Below are positions 1-10,586 of a stretch of 64,000 nt of DNA, in pieces. The stretch comes from Candidatus Bathyarchaeia archaeon (lineage in GTDB: Archaea > Thermoproteota > Bathyarchaeia > Bathyarchaeales > Bathycorpusculaceae): positions 116,397-180,396 of the forward strand of contig JAVZLM010000003.1 of assembly GCA_038883775.1 (NCBI GenBank), given 5' to 3'. The translations under genes and the position numbers were made by a program. The stretch's first letter is position 1, and the number at the start of each line of letters is the position of its first letter. The notes beneath the pieces were generated by a model. That model saw only the letters and a program-made list of their open reading frames with translations. It did not search any database and was not told where the DNA came from.

Positions 1-1503
1 TGTTCGCCAATTCTGCATTCGCACTTTAACCTCTTCTAAAGCCTTCTCGCGGTTTTCGGCAACCTGCTGTGCCTTCTCTTTCAACTCCAAATAAAGTTTT
101 GAGTAGGATTCGTACATGCGTTCTATATCCTCTGAAACATCCGCAAGCGCAGCCAAATGTCCATCAGTAACACGAAGCTCATCCAAAATTTCCCCAACAC
201 TCTTTACAACCGCAATTCTTAGACCAGTCTGCTCAGCCCTCGCCAAAGCCTCATTCAAATTCATCCTTGCACTTTTAAGTTCACCTTCAAGCTTATCCAA
301 TTCGGCTTTTAGGTTTTCTCCGCGGTATTGCAACAAAGCCAACTGGATGTGGCTGTCCACAACTTTGTTGCTTATTTTGTCCATGTTTTCTTCCAAAATC
401 TTAGTTTTGTTCTGGTTCTCGTCGATTTCTTTGTTTAACTTTGAAAATTGCTGGCCAGAGTTTTGCATAAGCTCCCTCAAGTTTTCACTTTTTAGAAGTT
501 TAAACTGCGCTTGGTTTTCTTTGATTGTTACGCTTGTTTGGATTGACGGGTTTCCTTTCTCAAGCAGCGCTGCCTCTTTTAGAAGTTGCTCACAAAATGA
601 GACGATTGCTTCGTTCCTTGCTTTTTCCCTTTCGAGGCTTAAGCGTTCCGTGAAGAGGGCTTTCCATTCACTTTTTAATTTTTCAAATTCGTCCTGTTGG
701 GCTTGCAGTTGTTCTTTGGCTATTTTTGTTTCTTCTTCAATTTGATTTAAAGCATCCAACTCTCTTTTCCTTTCAGCCTCTAAACTTTTAACATTCTCTT
801 CCCTTTTTGCAACCTCAGCCCAGGCGAGTTCCCTCTCCAAGAATCTCCTTTTCGTCTGCAGTTGCTTCTTTGTTTGATATCTTTCGTACTGTTCCCTCCA
901 ATAATTAAGTGTCTGCTCAACTGACTCTAAAAGCTTGTTTATGGAGTCTTCTTGGCTTAATATTCGGGTTAACTTTTTCTGTGCATCCAAAACGTTTTGG
1001 CGGTAAGGCTCCAGCCCCACAGCTGCCTCAACCATTCGCAGCTTTTCCTGTTGAGAAAGCACTGTGAACTGTTCAACCATGTTTTGATGCATTATTATAA
1101 GCATGTTTTCTGGGTCAACACCCAACTTTGACAATAGTCTTTCCACATCAGTTTTTGTGGCAGCCCTATTCTCTAATTCAAACCAGTATTTACCATCCTT
1201 GCGCAAAACTCGGGTTAGGAAAATTTGGTCCTTATTAAATTTCGGAACGGGGCGCCTTCCACCCCTCTTCCTATTATCCAATATAAGCGTAACACGGGCT
1301 TGGTCTTTGCCCCAACGAATCAAATCGCTCAACTTTCTAGAGCGTTCAGTATAGGATTGTCCAAGGGCTACGGAAATAGCCAACAAAAGCGAAGACTTTC
1401 CAGAACCATTTGGTCCGCAAATTACGTTTACTCCAGACTTAAAGGGTACCCTAGCATACTCGTAACTCATGAAGTTTTCGAGGATTACTTCGCTTATCAG
1501 CAT
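1..1503 (-). CDS. SMC/Rad50-superfamily ATPase, SMC5/6- or coalescin-like (5' part; runs off window start)
   Basis: Not in the ORF track. Reverse strand from ATG at 1503 reads MLISEVILENFMSYEYARVPFKSGVNVICGPNGSGKSSLLLAISVALG (Walker A), with a Q-loop region IIMHQNMVEQF, then coiled coil; the frame read at base 60-1 (...VRMQNWRT) is consistent. Confidence 0.88.
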   Translation of the reverse strand, partial: MLISEVILENFMSYEYARVPFKSGVNVICGPNGSGKSSLLLAISVALGQSYTERSRKLSDLIRWGKDQARVTLILDNRKRGGRRPVPKFNKDQIFLTRVLRKDGKYWFELENRAATKTDVERLLSKLGVDPENMLIIMHQNMVEQFTVLSQQEKLRMVEAAVGLEPYRQNVLDAQKKLTRILSQEDSINKLLESVEQTLNYWREQYERYQTKKQLQTKRRFLERELAWAEVAKREENVKSLEAERKRELDALNQIEEETKIAKEQLQAQQDEFEKLKSEWKALFTERLSLEREKARNEAIVSFCEQLLKEAALLEKGNPSIQTSVTIKENQAQFKLLKSENLRELMQNSGQQFSKLNKEIDENQNKTKILEENMDKISNKVVDSHIQLALLQYRGENLKAELDKLEGELKSARMNLNEALARAEQTGLRIAVVKSVGEILDELRVTDGHLAALADVSEDIERMYESYSKLYLELKEKAQQVAENREKALEEVKVRMQNWRT

Positions 1504-1623
1504 TTAAGCCCTTAGCCTCTCTTTGCGGTAAATAATAGAGGTGAAAACTCTCTTATTAAAGAATTAGCCAATTTATAATTAAAGCTCAAATCAAATTATG
1601 ATAAGAATTTGACTAGTTGAAGG

Positions 1624-1863
1624 CTAAACTGAATGGGTTTTTCTTTGCGCTTTCATCTCCAGCAACCATTCCTTGGCTAGTTCTTTTGGAAAATCGTCAA
1701 ACATTCTCTTTAACACGGTTATTGGCAGTTTTCCGAGGGGTTTTTGGCAAACAGCACATTTAAGCCTCAAATGTGTTTCTTCAATGGTCAAAAGCGGAGA
1801 ATTGCAATAAGGGCAAAACAAAATTCCCTCTTTATAAATGGGTGATTTTAACTTATTTTCCAC
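1624..1863 (-). CDS. Small zinc-ribbon protein
   Basis: CPYC...CAVC motif; overlaps the end of the upstream nucleotidyltransferase gene. Confidence 0.6.
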   Translation of the reverse strand: MENKLKSPIYKEGILFCPYCNSPLLTIEETHLRLKCAVCQKPLGKLPITVLKRMFDDFPKELAKEWLLEMKAQRKTHSV

Positions 1864-2402
1864 TTTAAACCCTCTCTATAATATTCTATTAAGTGTGATA
1901 GTTTTTCCTCTTTAGCCCTTTTAGTTAAATATTCCCAGTCTATTTTATCATGCATGTTAAGCAAAACGGACATTACGTCTGAAAAATCGAACGTGTCTGG
2001 TCTTCTGGCTTTTAGTTTAGTTATTATATAATCTTCTGGACATGGAACAGGTATCGTTAAATCGTCAACTTTCACTTTTCTAATGCGTTTTAAGGATTCT
2101 TGATTTAACCCAACAGTTTTCAAAGATAGAAGAATATCTACCCCTGTTTTAGTCACATTGTCAATAAACTTTAGCACGTTTTTTCCATCATAATACAAAA
2201 CGTACCTATTAGCTAAAATTTGGTGTAATCTCTCTTTATCTTTGTGCGAGACAAGTACAACGTCTATGTCTGCGGATGTTCTGGGTCTACCGTAGAAATG
2301 TATTGGTATAGCTCCTATAACCATATATTTTACTCTATACTTTTTTAGTCTTTCAATTAAATCTTTTAGGCATAGTTTAACTTGTTCTGGTATGTGGCTC
2401 AT
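1848..2402 (-). CDS. Pol-beta superfamily nucleotidyltransferase (DUF6036/AbiEii-like)
   Basis: YMVIGA..FYGRPRTSADIDV motif and PEDYIITKL. Start placed at MSHIPEQ. Confidence 0.75.
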   Translation of the reverse strand: MSHIPEQVKLCLKDLIERLKKYRVKYMVIGAIPIHFYGRPRTSADIDVVLVSHKDKERLHQILANRYVLYYDGKNVLKFIDNVTKTGVDILLSLKTVGLNQESLKRIRKVKVDDLTIPVPCPEDYIITKLKARRPDTFDFSDVMSVLLNMHDKIDWEYLTKRAKEEKLSHLIEYYREGLKWKIS

Positions 2403-2557
2403 GGCTGTCCAGAATTTTAGGCTGGAAGAATGATATAAGCGTTCTAAGCTTAAACTTATTATTGACCTAGAGTAAATGGTCAACTGCTGAGAAGAAAGGA
2501 AAGGCAAGTTAAATTAATCTTAAACTTCTTAAGCAGATACCATATATTCAAAAGTAG

Positions 2558-3259
2558 GTGAAAAGTGTGGTTGTTGCTGGTAAGGTTTTTAGGCTTTCTG
2601 AACCGCTTTCCATAGCTGAGATTGCTTCGGAGCTTGAGGGTTATCGTGTTGAAGAGGCTTATGAGGAGGGTGACTACAAGTTTACCCTTGTAAGCGAGGT
2701 TGTTGGGCTTCTGCCAAAGCCTAAAGAGAACATGCTTAGGGGCGTTTACTCGCATGATTATGTTATTCACGTTTTTCATAGGGGTAAGATGGCGCCTTTG
2801 CCACGCACTATTGAGGCTGTTTTCAGTTTTGCCCAGCATGAAGATAACACTTTCTTAACAATTGTTGAGAAGAAGCGCCTAGCCAATTTCATAGCCAACA
2901 AGCTTAGCGAAATCATTTTCGAAAAGGTTGGCGGCATAGTTGAAGCCAGAATTCCGCCCGAAACCTTGAGGGAGTTTCACTTGAAAAATCCTGAGGATAC
3001 TAAAATCACTTTTTTTGACAATGTGGATATTCCAAATGTGAATAAGCTTTCGCTTTATGGTCCAGATTTGATTAACACTTCGCTTTTCGAAGACTATTGC
3101 AAGCATGGCGACTTATGGTATGTGGTGGCTAGGGCTAGGGAATATGGCTATGTTGTTGGCATAACAAGAGACGCTTCTGTGACGATTTTTAATTTGACTG
3201 ATAAGGAAAAGTATTTGGAGTATGTGGCGAAAGAAGTTTACAAACTAATAATGAAATGA
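2558..3259 (+). CDS. Hypothetical protein
   Basis: 233-aa ORF with natural composition; no motif recognised. Confidence 0.7.
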   Translation: MKSVVVAGKVFRLSEPLSIAEIASELEGYRVEEAYEEGDYKFTLVSEVVGLLPKPKENMLRGVYSHDYVIHVFHRGKMAPLPRTIEAVFSFAQHEDNTFLTIVEKKRLANFIANKLSEIIFEKVGGIVEARIPPETLREFHLKNPEDTKITFFDNVDIPNVNKLSLYGPDLINTSLFEDYCKHGDLWYVVARAREYGYVVGITRDASVTIFNLTDKEKYLEYVAKEVYKLIMK

Positions 3260-3303
3260 AAGCAAAACATACCTCATTGCAAATTTGTGAGCACGGATAA
3301 TCA

Positions 3304-3909
3304 ATGAACGACGCCGTTAGGGGTTTGTGGAATATTGTTTTAAGTGGCTATCCAAGATCTGGCAAAACAACGCTTGCCAAAAGGCTGGTTGCTGAAAACC
3401 AAAATTTTGCAAGGATAGGCGTGGATGAGTTGAGGGAAATGCTTTTCAATGAGGCGCCTCCATGCCGTGACGAATTTCTCGTATATTCAATGATTGCTGA
3501 CATGCGAGATACATTGTTGGAAAAAGGTTATAGTGTCGTTATTGATTCTACTGCGCCCGACAATACCACCCGTCAATTTTTATTAACAACAAGAAGGAAG
3601 GATGTGAACCGCTTACTTATTATGCTCACTGTGGATAGGGATGTTTTAATTGAAAGGAACATTGAAAAGTTCGGCGACGCAAAGGCTGTTATTGCTTGGG
3701 ACAAGCGCTGGCAAAAACCAGCTGGCAACATTCCAGTATTCAAGTTCAAAAGCAGCAATCCATTACAGTTTGAAGTCTATTACGCTAGGCTGACAGAGCT
3801 TTTGGAAAGCGAAACGCATCCCTACAAGCCAGAATTTCATCATATTCCTCAGCCTTTAAAGGAGGTTCGGGAAGCCCTCAAAAATCTGTTGAAGAAGCGT
3901 ACTCCATGA
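3304..3909 (+). CDS. P-loop kinase (AAA_33 family)
   Basis: GYPRSGKT Walker A, DELR, VVIDST motifs. Confidence 0.8.
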   Translation: MNDAVRGLWNIVLSGYPRSGKTTLAKRLVAENQNFARIGVDELREMLFNEAPPCRDEFLVYSMIADMRDTLLEKGYSVVIDSTAPDNTTRQFLLTTRRKDVNRLLIMLTVDRDVLIERNIEKFGDAKAVIAWDKRWQKPAGNIPVFKFKSSNPLQFEVYYARLTELLESETHPYKPEFHHIPQPLKEVREALKNLLKKRTP

Positions 3910-3915
3910 TTTTGG

Positions 3916-4446
3916 CTAAAATTCTATTCCCTTTCTTGCTTGGAAGCCCTTGTTGTATGGGTGTTTAATCTCCTTCATTTCTGTGACTAGATCTGCTGCT
4001 TCGATTATTTCGTTTGGCGCATATCGTCCAGTCAACACGAGTTCGACATGTTTTGGTTTTTTCTTAACCAGTTCTACAACTTTTTCAGTTTTAATCAGTT
4101 TCAAGTTTAGGGCTACATTAATTTCGTCCAAGATTACCATATCATATTCGCCGCTTTTGACGGTTTCTTCAGCCAATGCTAAGGCTTCTTCTGCAAGCTT
4201 AACATCCTCTTGGCTTGGCGGCTTTTCCGTTACAAATTTTCCTCTTCCGAAAGCCTTCAATTTTAGGTTTGGAAGCTTATCTACAATGTATAGTTCGCCA
4301 TAGTCGAATCCGCCTTTTATGAACTGGATTATGTAAACCTTTAATCCTCTGCCTATGGCTCTTAGGGCAAGTCCAAAGGCGGCTGAGGTTTTGCCCTTCC
4401 CATTTCCAGTGTAAACCTGCACCATTCCTTTTTCAAGTTTTGGCAT
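3916..4446 (-). CDS. cobO: Cob(I)alamin adenosyltransferase (CobA/CobO/BtuR type)
   Basis: VYTGNGKGKTSAAFG, QFIKG, LDEIN, LTGR, KHPY..G..ARKGIEF. Confidence 0.95.
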   Translation of the reverse strand: MPKLEKGMVQVYTGNGKGKTSAAFGLALRAIGRGLKVYIIQFIKGGFDYGELYIVDKLPNLKLKAFGRGKFVTEKPPSQEDVKLAEEALALAEETVKSGEYDMVILDEINVALNLKLIKTEKVVELVKKKPKHVELVLTGRYAPNEIIEAADLVTEMKEIKHPYNKGFQARKGIEF

Positions 4447-5435
4447 TATTTTTCCTTCTTAAATTTTGAATGTAAAAGTTCTTCGGCGGCTGAGGCTGGG
4501 TCTACTTCTTTCGCCATAATCTTTTTTAGGGTTTCTTGGAATTTTCCTTCTCTTTTCAACTCTTCAATTATGGAGTTTAATGCTTTTTCTTTTATGGCTT
4601 CGACAAGTTCGGTTTCTGCCCTCAAAAGATTTCTTTCCTCTGCTTTTTCCTTTTTAAGAAAGGTTCTGTGCTCTTCCAATTTTTCGATAAGTTGAGGGAC
4701 GCCTTCGCCTGTGAGGGCTACTGTTTTAAGAACTGGCGGTTTCCAAGCCTTTTCTTTGGTGTTTAATTGTAGCATTGCTTGTATGTCTGTTACGGCTTTT
4801 TCTGCGTTTTCGCGGTCAGCCTTGTTAACAACGAATATGTCTGCTATTTCCATTAAACCAGCTTTTATGGCTTGTATGTCGTCGCCCAAGCCAGGCGCGT
4901 GAATTACGACTATTGTTTCTGCGACTTTGATGATTTCCACCTCTGATTGTCCAGCGCCAACAGTTTCAACAATCACTATGTCTTTGCCTGCTGCATCCAA
5001 AATTTTGACGGAGTCCCTTGTGGCTTTTGCTATTCCGCCTGGATAGTTTCGGGTCGCCATGCTTCTTATGAAGACGCCCTCATCCGTACTCAGTTCTTGC
5101 ATTCTTATTCTATCGCCTAGGAAGGCTCCGCCGGTGAAGGGGCTTGTGGGGTCTACGGCTATGACGCCAACGCTTTTGCCCTTTCGCCTATATTCTCTAA
5201 CAATTTTTTCGATTAGGGTGCTTTTTCCAGAACCGCCTGGTCCAGTCAACCCAATAATGTGGGCTTTTCCCGTGTAGGGGTAGATTTTTGCGATCAGCGT
5301 TTTTGCTTCTGGAGCATCATTTTCTATGATTGTTATTGCCCTTGCTATGCTTCTTCGGTCTCCAGCTAAAACGCCTTGGGCTAAATCCTCAATTTTTGAC
5401 AATTTCTGACACGTCTTAAGCTCTTTTTGGCGCAT
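4446..5435 (-). CDS. meaB: MeaB/ArgK GTPase chaperone of B12-dependent acyl-CoA mutase
   Basis: [42 protein letters not shown]. True start may be about 10 codons downstream. Confidence 0.95.
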   Translation of the reverse strand: MRQKELKTCQKLSKIEDLAQGVLAGDRRSIARAITIIENDAPEAKTLIAKIYPYTGKAHIIGLTGPGGSGKSTLIEKIVREYRRKGKSVGVIAVDPTSPFTGGAFLGDRIRMQELSTDEGVFIRSMATRNYPGGIAKATRDSVKILDAAGKDIVIVETVGAGQSEVEIIKVAETIVVIHAPGLGDDIQAIKAGLMEIADIFVVNKADRENAEKAVTDIQAMLQLNTKEKAWKPPVLKTVALTGEGVPQLIEKLEEHRTFLKKEKAEERNLLRAETELVEAIKEKALNSIIEELKREGKFQETLKKIMAKEVDPASAAEELLHSKFKKEK

Positions 5436-5823
5436 TTTGCAAAACGAACTCTATTATCTTTTCCGTTGGCGTTCCAGGTCCGAAGATTTCTTTTATGCCC
5501 AGTTTTTTCATTTCTGGGACGTCCTCGTCTGGAATTATGCCTCCGGCGAAAACCATGACGTCTGTTAATCCCTTTTCTTTGAGGAGTTCCATTATTTTTG
5601 GGAAGAGGGCTTTGTGGGCTCCTGAAAGGATGCTTAATCCTATGACGTCCACGTCCTCCTGAAGGGCTGTTTCAACTATTTGTTCTGGTGTCTGCCTTAA
5701 ACCAGTGTAGATTACTTCCATTCCCGCATCCCTTAGGGCTCTGGCTACGACTTTGGCGCCTCTGTCGTGGCTGTCTAAGCCTGGTTTTGCGATTAATACT
5801 CTAATTTTTCTTTTGCTTTGCAT
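5416..5823 (-). CDS. Acyl-CoA mutase small, cobalamin-binding subunit
   Basis: [13 protein letters not shown] (DxHxxG) and GLSILSGAH. Confidence 0.95.
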   Translation of the reverse strand: MQSKRKIRVLIAKPGLDSHDRGAKVVARALRDAGMEVIYTGLRQTPEQIVETALQEDVDVIGLSILSGAHKALFPKIMELLKEKGLTDVMVFAGGIIPDEDVPEMKKLGIKEIFGPGTPTEKIIEFVLQNAPKRA

Positions 5824-5838
5824 TTTCTCTGCCTCATT

Positions 5839-7521
5839 TTAGATTACTATTAATTCTTTATATTCTCCGTAAACTTTTCGCAATACATCGGTTATTTCGC
5901 CAAGCGTTGCATAAGCTTTTACTGCTTCGATTATTGTTGGCATAAGGTTTTCTTCTTTTTCTGCTGCGTAATGGAGTTTTTCGAGGATTTCCTTCACCTT
6001 TCTGTTGTCGCGTTCTCTTTTTAATTTTTGAAGTCTTGCGACTTGTTCTTTTTCAACTTTTGGGTCTATCCTTAAAAGTTCTATTGGGCATTCCTCCTCT
6101 TCTATGACGAATTCGTTTACACCAACTATTATGCGCTTTTTCTCTTCAACCTCTCGCTGGTATCTGTAGGCGCTGTCGGCAATTTCCTTCTGAAAGAATC
6201 CTTTTTCTATTGCGGCTACGGCTCCGCCCATGTCATCTATTTTTTGTATGTATTCCATGGCTTTTTCTTCCATCTCATTCGTTAAGGCTTCAACATAATA
6301 TGAGCCTCCTAAGGGGTCAACAGTATTTGTTACTCCGCTTTCGTAGGCTATTATTTGCTGGGTTCTTAATGCAACGCGAACGGCTTCTTCTGTTGGCAAG
6401 CAGAGGGCTTCGTCGAAAGAGTTTGTATGTAAGGATTGGGTTCCGCCCAAAACAGCGGCTAAAGCTTGGATGGTTGTGCGTACAATATTATTTAATGGTT
6501 GTTGTGCGGTGAGGGTGCAGCCAGATGTCTGAACGTGCATGCGCATCCACATAGACCTTGGATTTTTTGCGTGGAATCGCTCCTTCATTATCCTAGCCCA
6601 TAAGCGTCTTGCCGCTCTGAACTTAGCTATTTCTTCAAAGAAGTCGTTATGCGATGCGAAAAAGAAGCTTAGGCGATGGGCAAAATCGTCCACCTTTAAT
6701 CCTCTTTCAAGGGTTGATTCCACATAGGCTATTCCATCATAAAGTGTAAAGGCTAATTCTTGAAGGGCTGTTGCTCCTGCCTCGCGGATGTGGTAGCCGC
6801 TTATGCTTACTGGGTTCCATTTTGGCAAGTGTCTCGCACAATATTCTATGACATCTGTTGTTAGTTTTACGGAAGGTTTTGGTGGGAAAATGCACAATTT
6901 TTGGGCGAAAAACTCTTTCAAATTGTCGTTTTGGGTTGTTCCGCCAAGCTTTTCCTTTGGCACGCCTTGCTTGTCGCCCACAGCAATATACATGGCAAGC
7001 AATATTGAGGCGGGGCCATTTATTGTCATGGAAGTTGTAACCTTGTCTAATGGTATACCGTTAAAGAGAACTTCCATGTCTTGTAGCGAAGATATGGCCA
7101 CTCCGCAGACGCCCACTTCACCCCTTGCCATTGGATGGTCAGAATCATAGCCCATAATTGTTGGATAGTCAAAGGCTGTGCTTAATCCAGTTTCGCCCTC
7201 GCTTAACAAATACTTAAAGCGCTTATTCGTGTCTTCAGCCGTGCCATATCCAGCGAACATCCGCATAGTCCATAAACGCCCACGATACATTGTTGCATGC
7301 AAACCCCTCGTGAAGGGATATTCGCCTGGAAACCCCAAATCCCGCATATAATTCAATTCTTTGATGTCTTCTGGAGTGTAAACCCGCTTTATGAGCATGC
7401 CAGAGTGATTCCTAAATTCGGTTTTGCATTCTGGACATTGCCTTATCCAGTTTGGCAATGTGGTCTTTTCCCAGCGTTCTCTTTCTTTGACTATTTCCCC
7501 CATTTTCTGCTTATCAAACAT
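5839..7521 (-). CDS. Acyl-CoA mutase large subunit, isobutyryl-CoA mutase-type specificity residues
   Basis: [40 protein letters not shown]. Has F89 and Q207 in place of Y89/R207. Confidence 0.93.
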   Translation of the reverse strand: MFDKQKMGEIVKERERWEKTTLPNWIRQCPECKTEFRNHSGMLIKRVYTPEDIKELNYMRDLGFPGEYPFTRGLHATMYRGRLWTMRMFAGYGTAEDTNKRFKYLLSEGETGLSTAFDYPTIMGYDSDHPMARGEVGVCGVAISSLQDMEVLFNGIPLDKVTTSMTINGPASILLAMYIAVGDKQGVPKEKLGGTTQNDNLKEFFAQKLCIFPPKPSVKLTTDVIEYCARHLPKWNPVSISGYHIREAGATALQELAFTLYDGIAYVESTLERGLKVDDFAHRLSFFFASHNDFFEEIAKFRAARRLWARIMKERFHAKNPRSMWMRMHVQTSGCTLTAQQPLNNIVRTTIQALAAVLGGTQSLHTNSFDEALCLPTEEAVRVALRTQQIIAYESGVTNTVDPLGGSYYVEALTNEMEEKAMEYIQKIDDMGGAVAAIEKGFFQKEIADSAYRYQREVEEKKRIIVGVNEFVIEEEECPIELLRIDPKVEKEQVARLQKLKRERDNRKVKEILEKLHYAAEKEENLMPTIIEAVKAYATLGEITDVLRKVYGEYKELIVI

Positions 7522-7621
7522 GTTCAGCTAACCTCCAAGTATAAGCTGGTTTTGAACTAAATATTGGCGTCAAGCCTAAAAAGTTATTTCTCAAACAAAC
7601 CATAAAATAATCATCTAAAAG

Positions 7622-8806
7622 GTGATGCAGATGGCTTCAAGGGATGTTGGCTTTTCAACGAAAGCTGTTCACGGCGGAGAAAAACCCGATAAGGGAAGCG
7701 TTGAAACACCAATTTATGAAACTTCCGTCTTCGCCTTCACCAGCACAAAGGAGCTTATTGAAGTCATAAGCGAAAGGGCGGAAGGCTACCTTTACACAAG
7801 ATACGACAACCCCACAGTAAGGGCTGTGGAAAGGAAAATGGCTATTCTAGAAGGGGCTGAGGAGTCCGCCGCCTTTTCTTCTGGCATGGCAGCGATAACA
7901 ACAACTTTGCTAACTTTGGTTTCGAAGGGAGACCATATTGTAGCTTCAAGAGACCTTTATGGTGGAACCCTAATCTTTTTCCAAGAAATGCTGCCACGTT
8001 TCGGTGTAGAAGTCAGCCTCGTAGATGCCACAAACCTAAGCGAAGTAAAAAAAGCCATGCAAAAGAGCACGAGGGTTGTTTTTGCTGAAACTCCGACAAA
8101 TCCAACATTGAAAATTGTGGATATGCGCCGCTTAGCGGCAATAGCCAAAAAGTGTGATGCAACAGTGGTTGTTGATAGTACGCTTGCCACGCCATATAAT
8201 TTGACGCCTATAAAGTTTGGCATAGATGTGGTTGTCCACAGTGCTACGAAATACTTGGGCGGACATAATGATGTGACAGCTGGAATAGTGTGCGGTTCAC
8301 GGGAGTTCATCCAAAAACTGAAGAGGACAAGAAAAGTTCTCGGCGGAACTCTCGACCCTGTGGCTGCTTGGCTTCTACTGCGTGGTTTGAAAACCTTAGC
8401 ACTAAGAATGGAAAGGCACAACAGAAATGGGATGCAAATAGCCAAATTTCTAGAAAAGCATCCAAAAATCGCCAAAGTCTATTATCCCGGACTGCCCAGC
8501 CATCCACAGCATAGGCTTGCCAAAAAACAGATGCGCGGTTTTGGTGGAGTTGTAAGCTTCGAAGTTAAAGGCGACTTTGGAAAGACTACGCAGTTTGTTG
8601 AAAACCTTAGGCTATGCCTTTTAGCCGCAAGCCTAGGTGGAACAGAAACTCTCGCCACACAACCAGCAACATCATCCCACTACTTCATAAGCCCAGAACA
8701 ACGCCAAAAACTCGGCGTGAGAGATCAGCTTGTACGCCTAGCCCTTGGAATAGAAGACCCAGAAGACATAATAGCAGACATAAAACAAGCACTAAACAAA
8801 ATCTAA
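7622..8806 (+). CDS. PLP-dependent trans-sulfuration enzyme (cystathionine gamma-synthase/lyase or methionine gamma-lyase family)
   Basis: YTRYDNPT, FSSGMAA, ETPTNP, HSATKYLGGH, ASLGG. Confidence 0.92.
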   Translation: MMQMASRDVGFSTKAVHGGEKPDKGSVETPIYETSVFAFTSTKELIEVISERAEGYLYTRYDNPTVRAVERKMAILEGAEESAAFSSGMAAITTTLLTLVSKGDHIVASRDLYGGTLIFFQEMLPRFGVEVSLVDATNLSEVKKAMQKSTRVVFAETPTNPTLKIVDMRRLAAIAKKCDATVVVDSTLATPYNLTPIKFGIDVVVHSATKYLGGHNDVTAGIVCGSREFIQKLKRTRKVLGGTLDPVAAWLLLRGLKTLALRMERHNRNGMQIAKFLEKHPKIAKVYYPGLPSHPQHRLAKKQMRGFGGVVSFEVKGDFGKTTQFVENLRLCLLAASLGGTETLATQPATSSHYFISPEQRQKLGVRDQLVRLALGIEDPEDIIADIKQALNKI

Positions 8807-8889
8807 CAATCTCCGTTTTCCTTCCTATTCGGATGTGGATTTAGAAAGTTTAATTAAGGTATATGTCCATTAGCTTGCAAGGGAAGTTA

Positions 8890-9999
8890 ATGAATAAAAA
8901 TAGAATAGTTTATGGAATTATGCTGGCAGTGCTTTTACTGTTTGGTTTCTCCTTAACCGTCAACATTAAACCCGTCAAGGCTTGGAGTGGCACCATCACC
9001 ATTAACGAGGATGGAACCATATCCCCGGAAGGTGCACCAATTATAACCAGCGACTACATCACGTATACTTTGACTGGCAACATCACAAGCTCCGGTGACG
9101 GCATTGATGTGGAGCGAAACAATATTATTATTGATGGAGCTGGCTACACCATAGAAGGCGTGGGCGACGGAGCAGCTGGAATAGCGCTTATCGAAATGGA
9201 GAACATAACAGTTAAAAATGTAATCATCACACGCTTTGAATATGGAATTTGGCTTGAAGACGCCGATAACTGCACCATAATTGGCAATACCCTAATAAAC
9301 AACACCGAAAACGGCATGGAAATTTGGTGGGGATCCGACCACAACCGCATAATTGGAAACAACATAATAAACAACAACTGGACCGGCATTCATATTGGAG
9401 ACTCCGATGATAACATTTTCTATCACAATAATTTCATAGGCAACAAAGAGCACGTGAAAAGCTACGATTCAACAAACTTTTGGAGCGGTGACTATCCATT
9501 GGAAGGCAACTATTGGGATGACTATGATGGCGAAGACTCCGATGAGGATGGCATAGGCGACACTCCGTACTCTCTCCCAGAAGGAAACGTTGACGATTAT
9601 CCCCTAATGGGCCCCTTTAGAAGCTTCAGCACCCCGCTTGACTCCAAAGTGGAAGTGATCTCTAACTCTACAATAAACAGTTTTCAATACTTCCAGTCTA
9701 ACAATTCAATAGTCATGTATGCTTCCGAATCAATGATTGGTCAAACCCATGGATTTTGCAGAATAAAAATACCCAAAAACCTAATCCAGCCAACCTTCAC
9801 TATAAAAGTGAACGATGTTCCAGTTGAATACAAAACAATATTTGAAAACCAAACATTAAGCATAATCTACTTCGCTTACCATCACTCGACGGTGGAAATA
9901 ACAATAGTTCCAGAAATTCAAACCATCATGGTTCCTATGCTGTTAGCGCTTCTGACAGCCCCTATCATAAGATTTGTGAAAAAGAGAAAGAAGCCATAA
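8890..9999 (+). CDS. Secreted right-handed beta-helix (NosD/CASH) surface protein with C-terminal PEF-like anchor
   Basis: Signal peptide; I.GN.I.NN repeats; GNYWDDY...DGIGDTPY; C-terminal VPE + TM + KKRKKP. Confidence 0.85.
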   Translation: MNKNRIVYGIMLAVLLLFGFSLTVNIKPVKAWSGTITINEDGTISPEGAPIITSDYITYTLTGNITSSGDGIDVERNNIIIDGAGYTIEGVGDGAAGIALIEMENITVKNVIITRFEYGIWLEDADNCTIIGNTLINNTENGMEIWWGSDHNRIIGNNIINNNWTGIHIGDSDDNIFYHNNFIGNKEHVKSYDSTNFWSGDYPLEGNYWDDYDGEDSDEDGIGDTPYSLPEGNVDDYPLMGPFRSFSTPLDSKVEVISNSTINSFQYFQSNNSIVMYASESMIGQTHGFCRIKIPKNLIQPTFTIKVNDVPVEYKTIFENQTLSIIYFAYHHSTVEITIVPEIQTIMVPMLLALLTAPIIRFVKKRKKP

Positions 10000-10064
10000 A
10001 CTCAAAATTTGGAGGCAATTCTTATTTACATTCTTTATTATTTTTCATTTTAAGCTGAAAGTTT

Positions 10065-10580
10065 ATGTCAAAGAAGAAACTCCACATCCGATACATTAGG
10101 CTGCCCAACCAAGTGTTAGATATCTATGATGATTTAATTTATAGGTCGGGAAAAATTATTGTAAGCAAGGGTCAAATTACATCCGCACACAGCATCATAT
10201 TTGATGACGAAATTGTTTTAGCACATGGTTTTCAAATAGTTTATTTTGATTTAATTGGCAAATGGTTTGGCGTTGGCAAAATAAGAAACTTGCAAGGAAA
10301 GCATACTGGATATTATTGCGACATTGTTAAGCCTCCGCGGGTTTTGGCGGATGGCGGAATTGAGCTTACTGATTTGTTTCTTGACCTTTGGGTTTCGCCT
10401 GACTTAAGGTTTAAAGTGTTGGATGAGGAAGAGTTGGAAAACGCTTTACGTAAGGGTTGGGTTACAAAAGGGCTTTATGATAAAGCAAAGAAGGAACTAA
10501 ACAAACTTATCAATATGGTCGAACAGGGAAAGTTTCCGCCCTACGCCATTAAATTCTTGGAAACGAAAATGGAAATTTAG
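10065..10580 (+). CDS. DUF402 (FomD-like) protein
   Basis: GYYCDI...TDLFLDLWV..D....VLDEEEL. Confidence 0.85.
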   Translation: MSKKKLHIRYIRLPNQVLDIYDDLIYRSGKIIVSKGQITSAHSIIFDDEIVLAHGFQIVYFDLIGKWFGVGKIRNLQGKHTGYYCDIVKPPRVLADGGIELTDLFLDLWVSPDLRFKVLDEEELENALRKGWVTKGLYDKAKKELNKLINMVEQGKFPPYAIKFLETKMEI

Positions 10581-10586
10581 CTATCT

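Noticed and set aside
116-1515. Plus-strand ORFs 116-745, 1103-1354 and 1225-1515
   Set aside because: Antisense shadows of the SMC-like gene. Most other short ORFs in the track that overlap longer genes were dismissed for the same reason.
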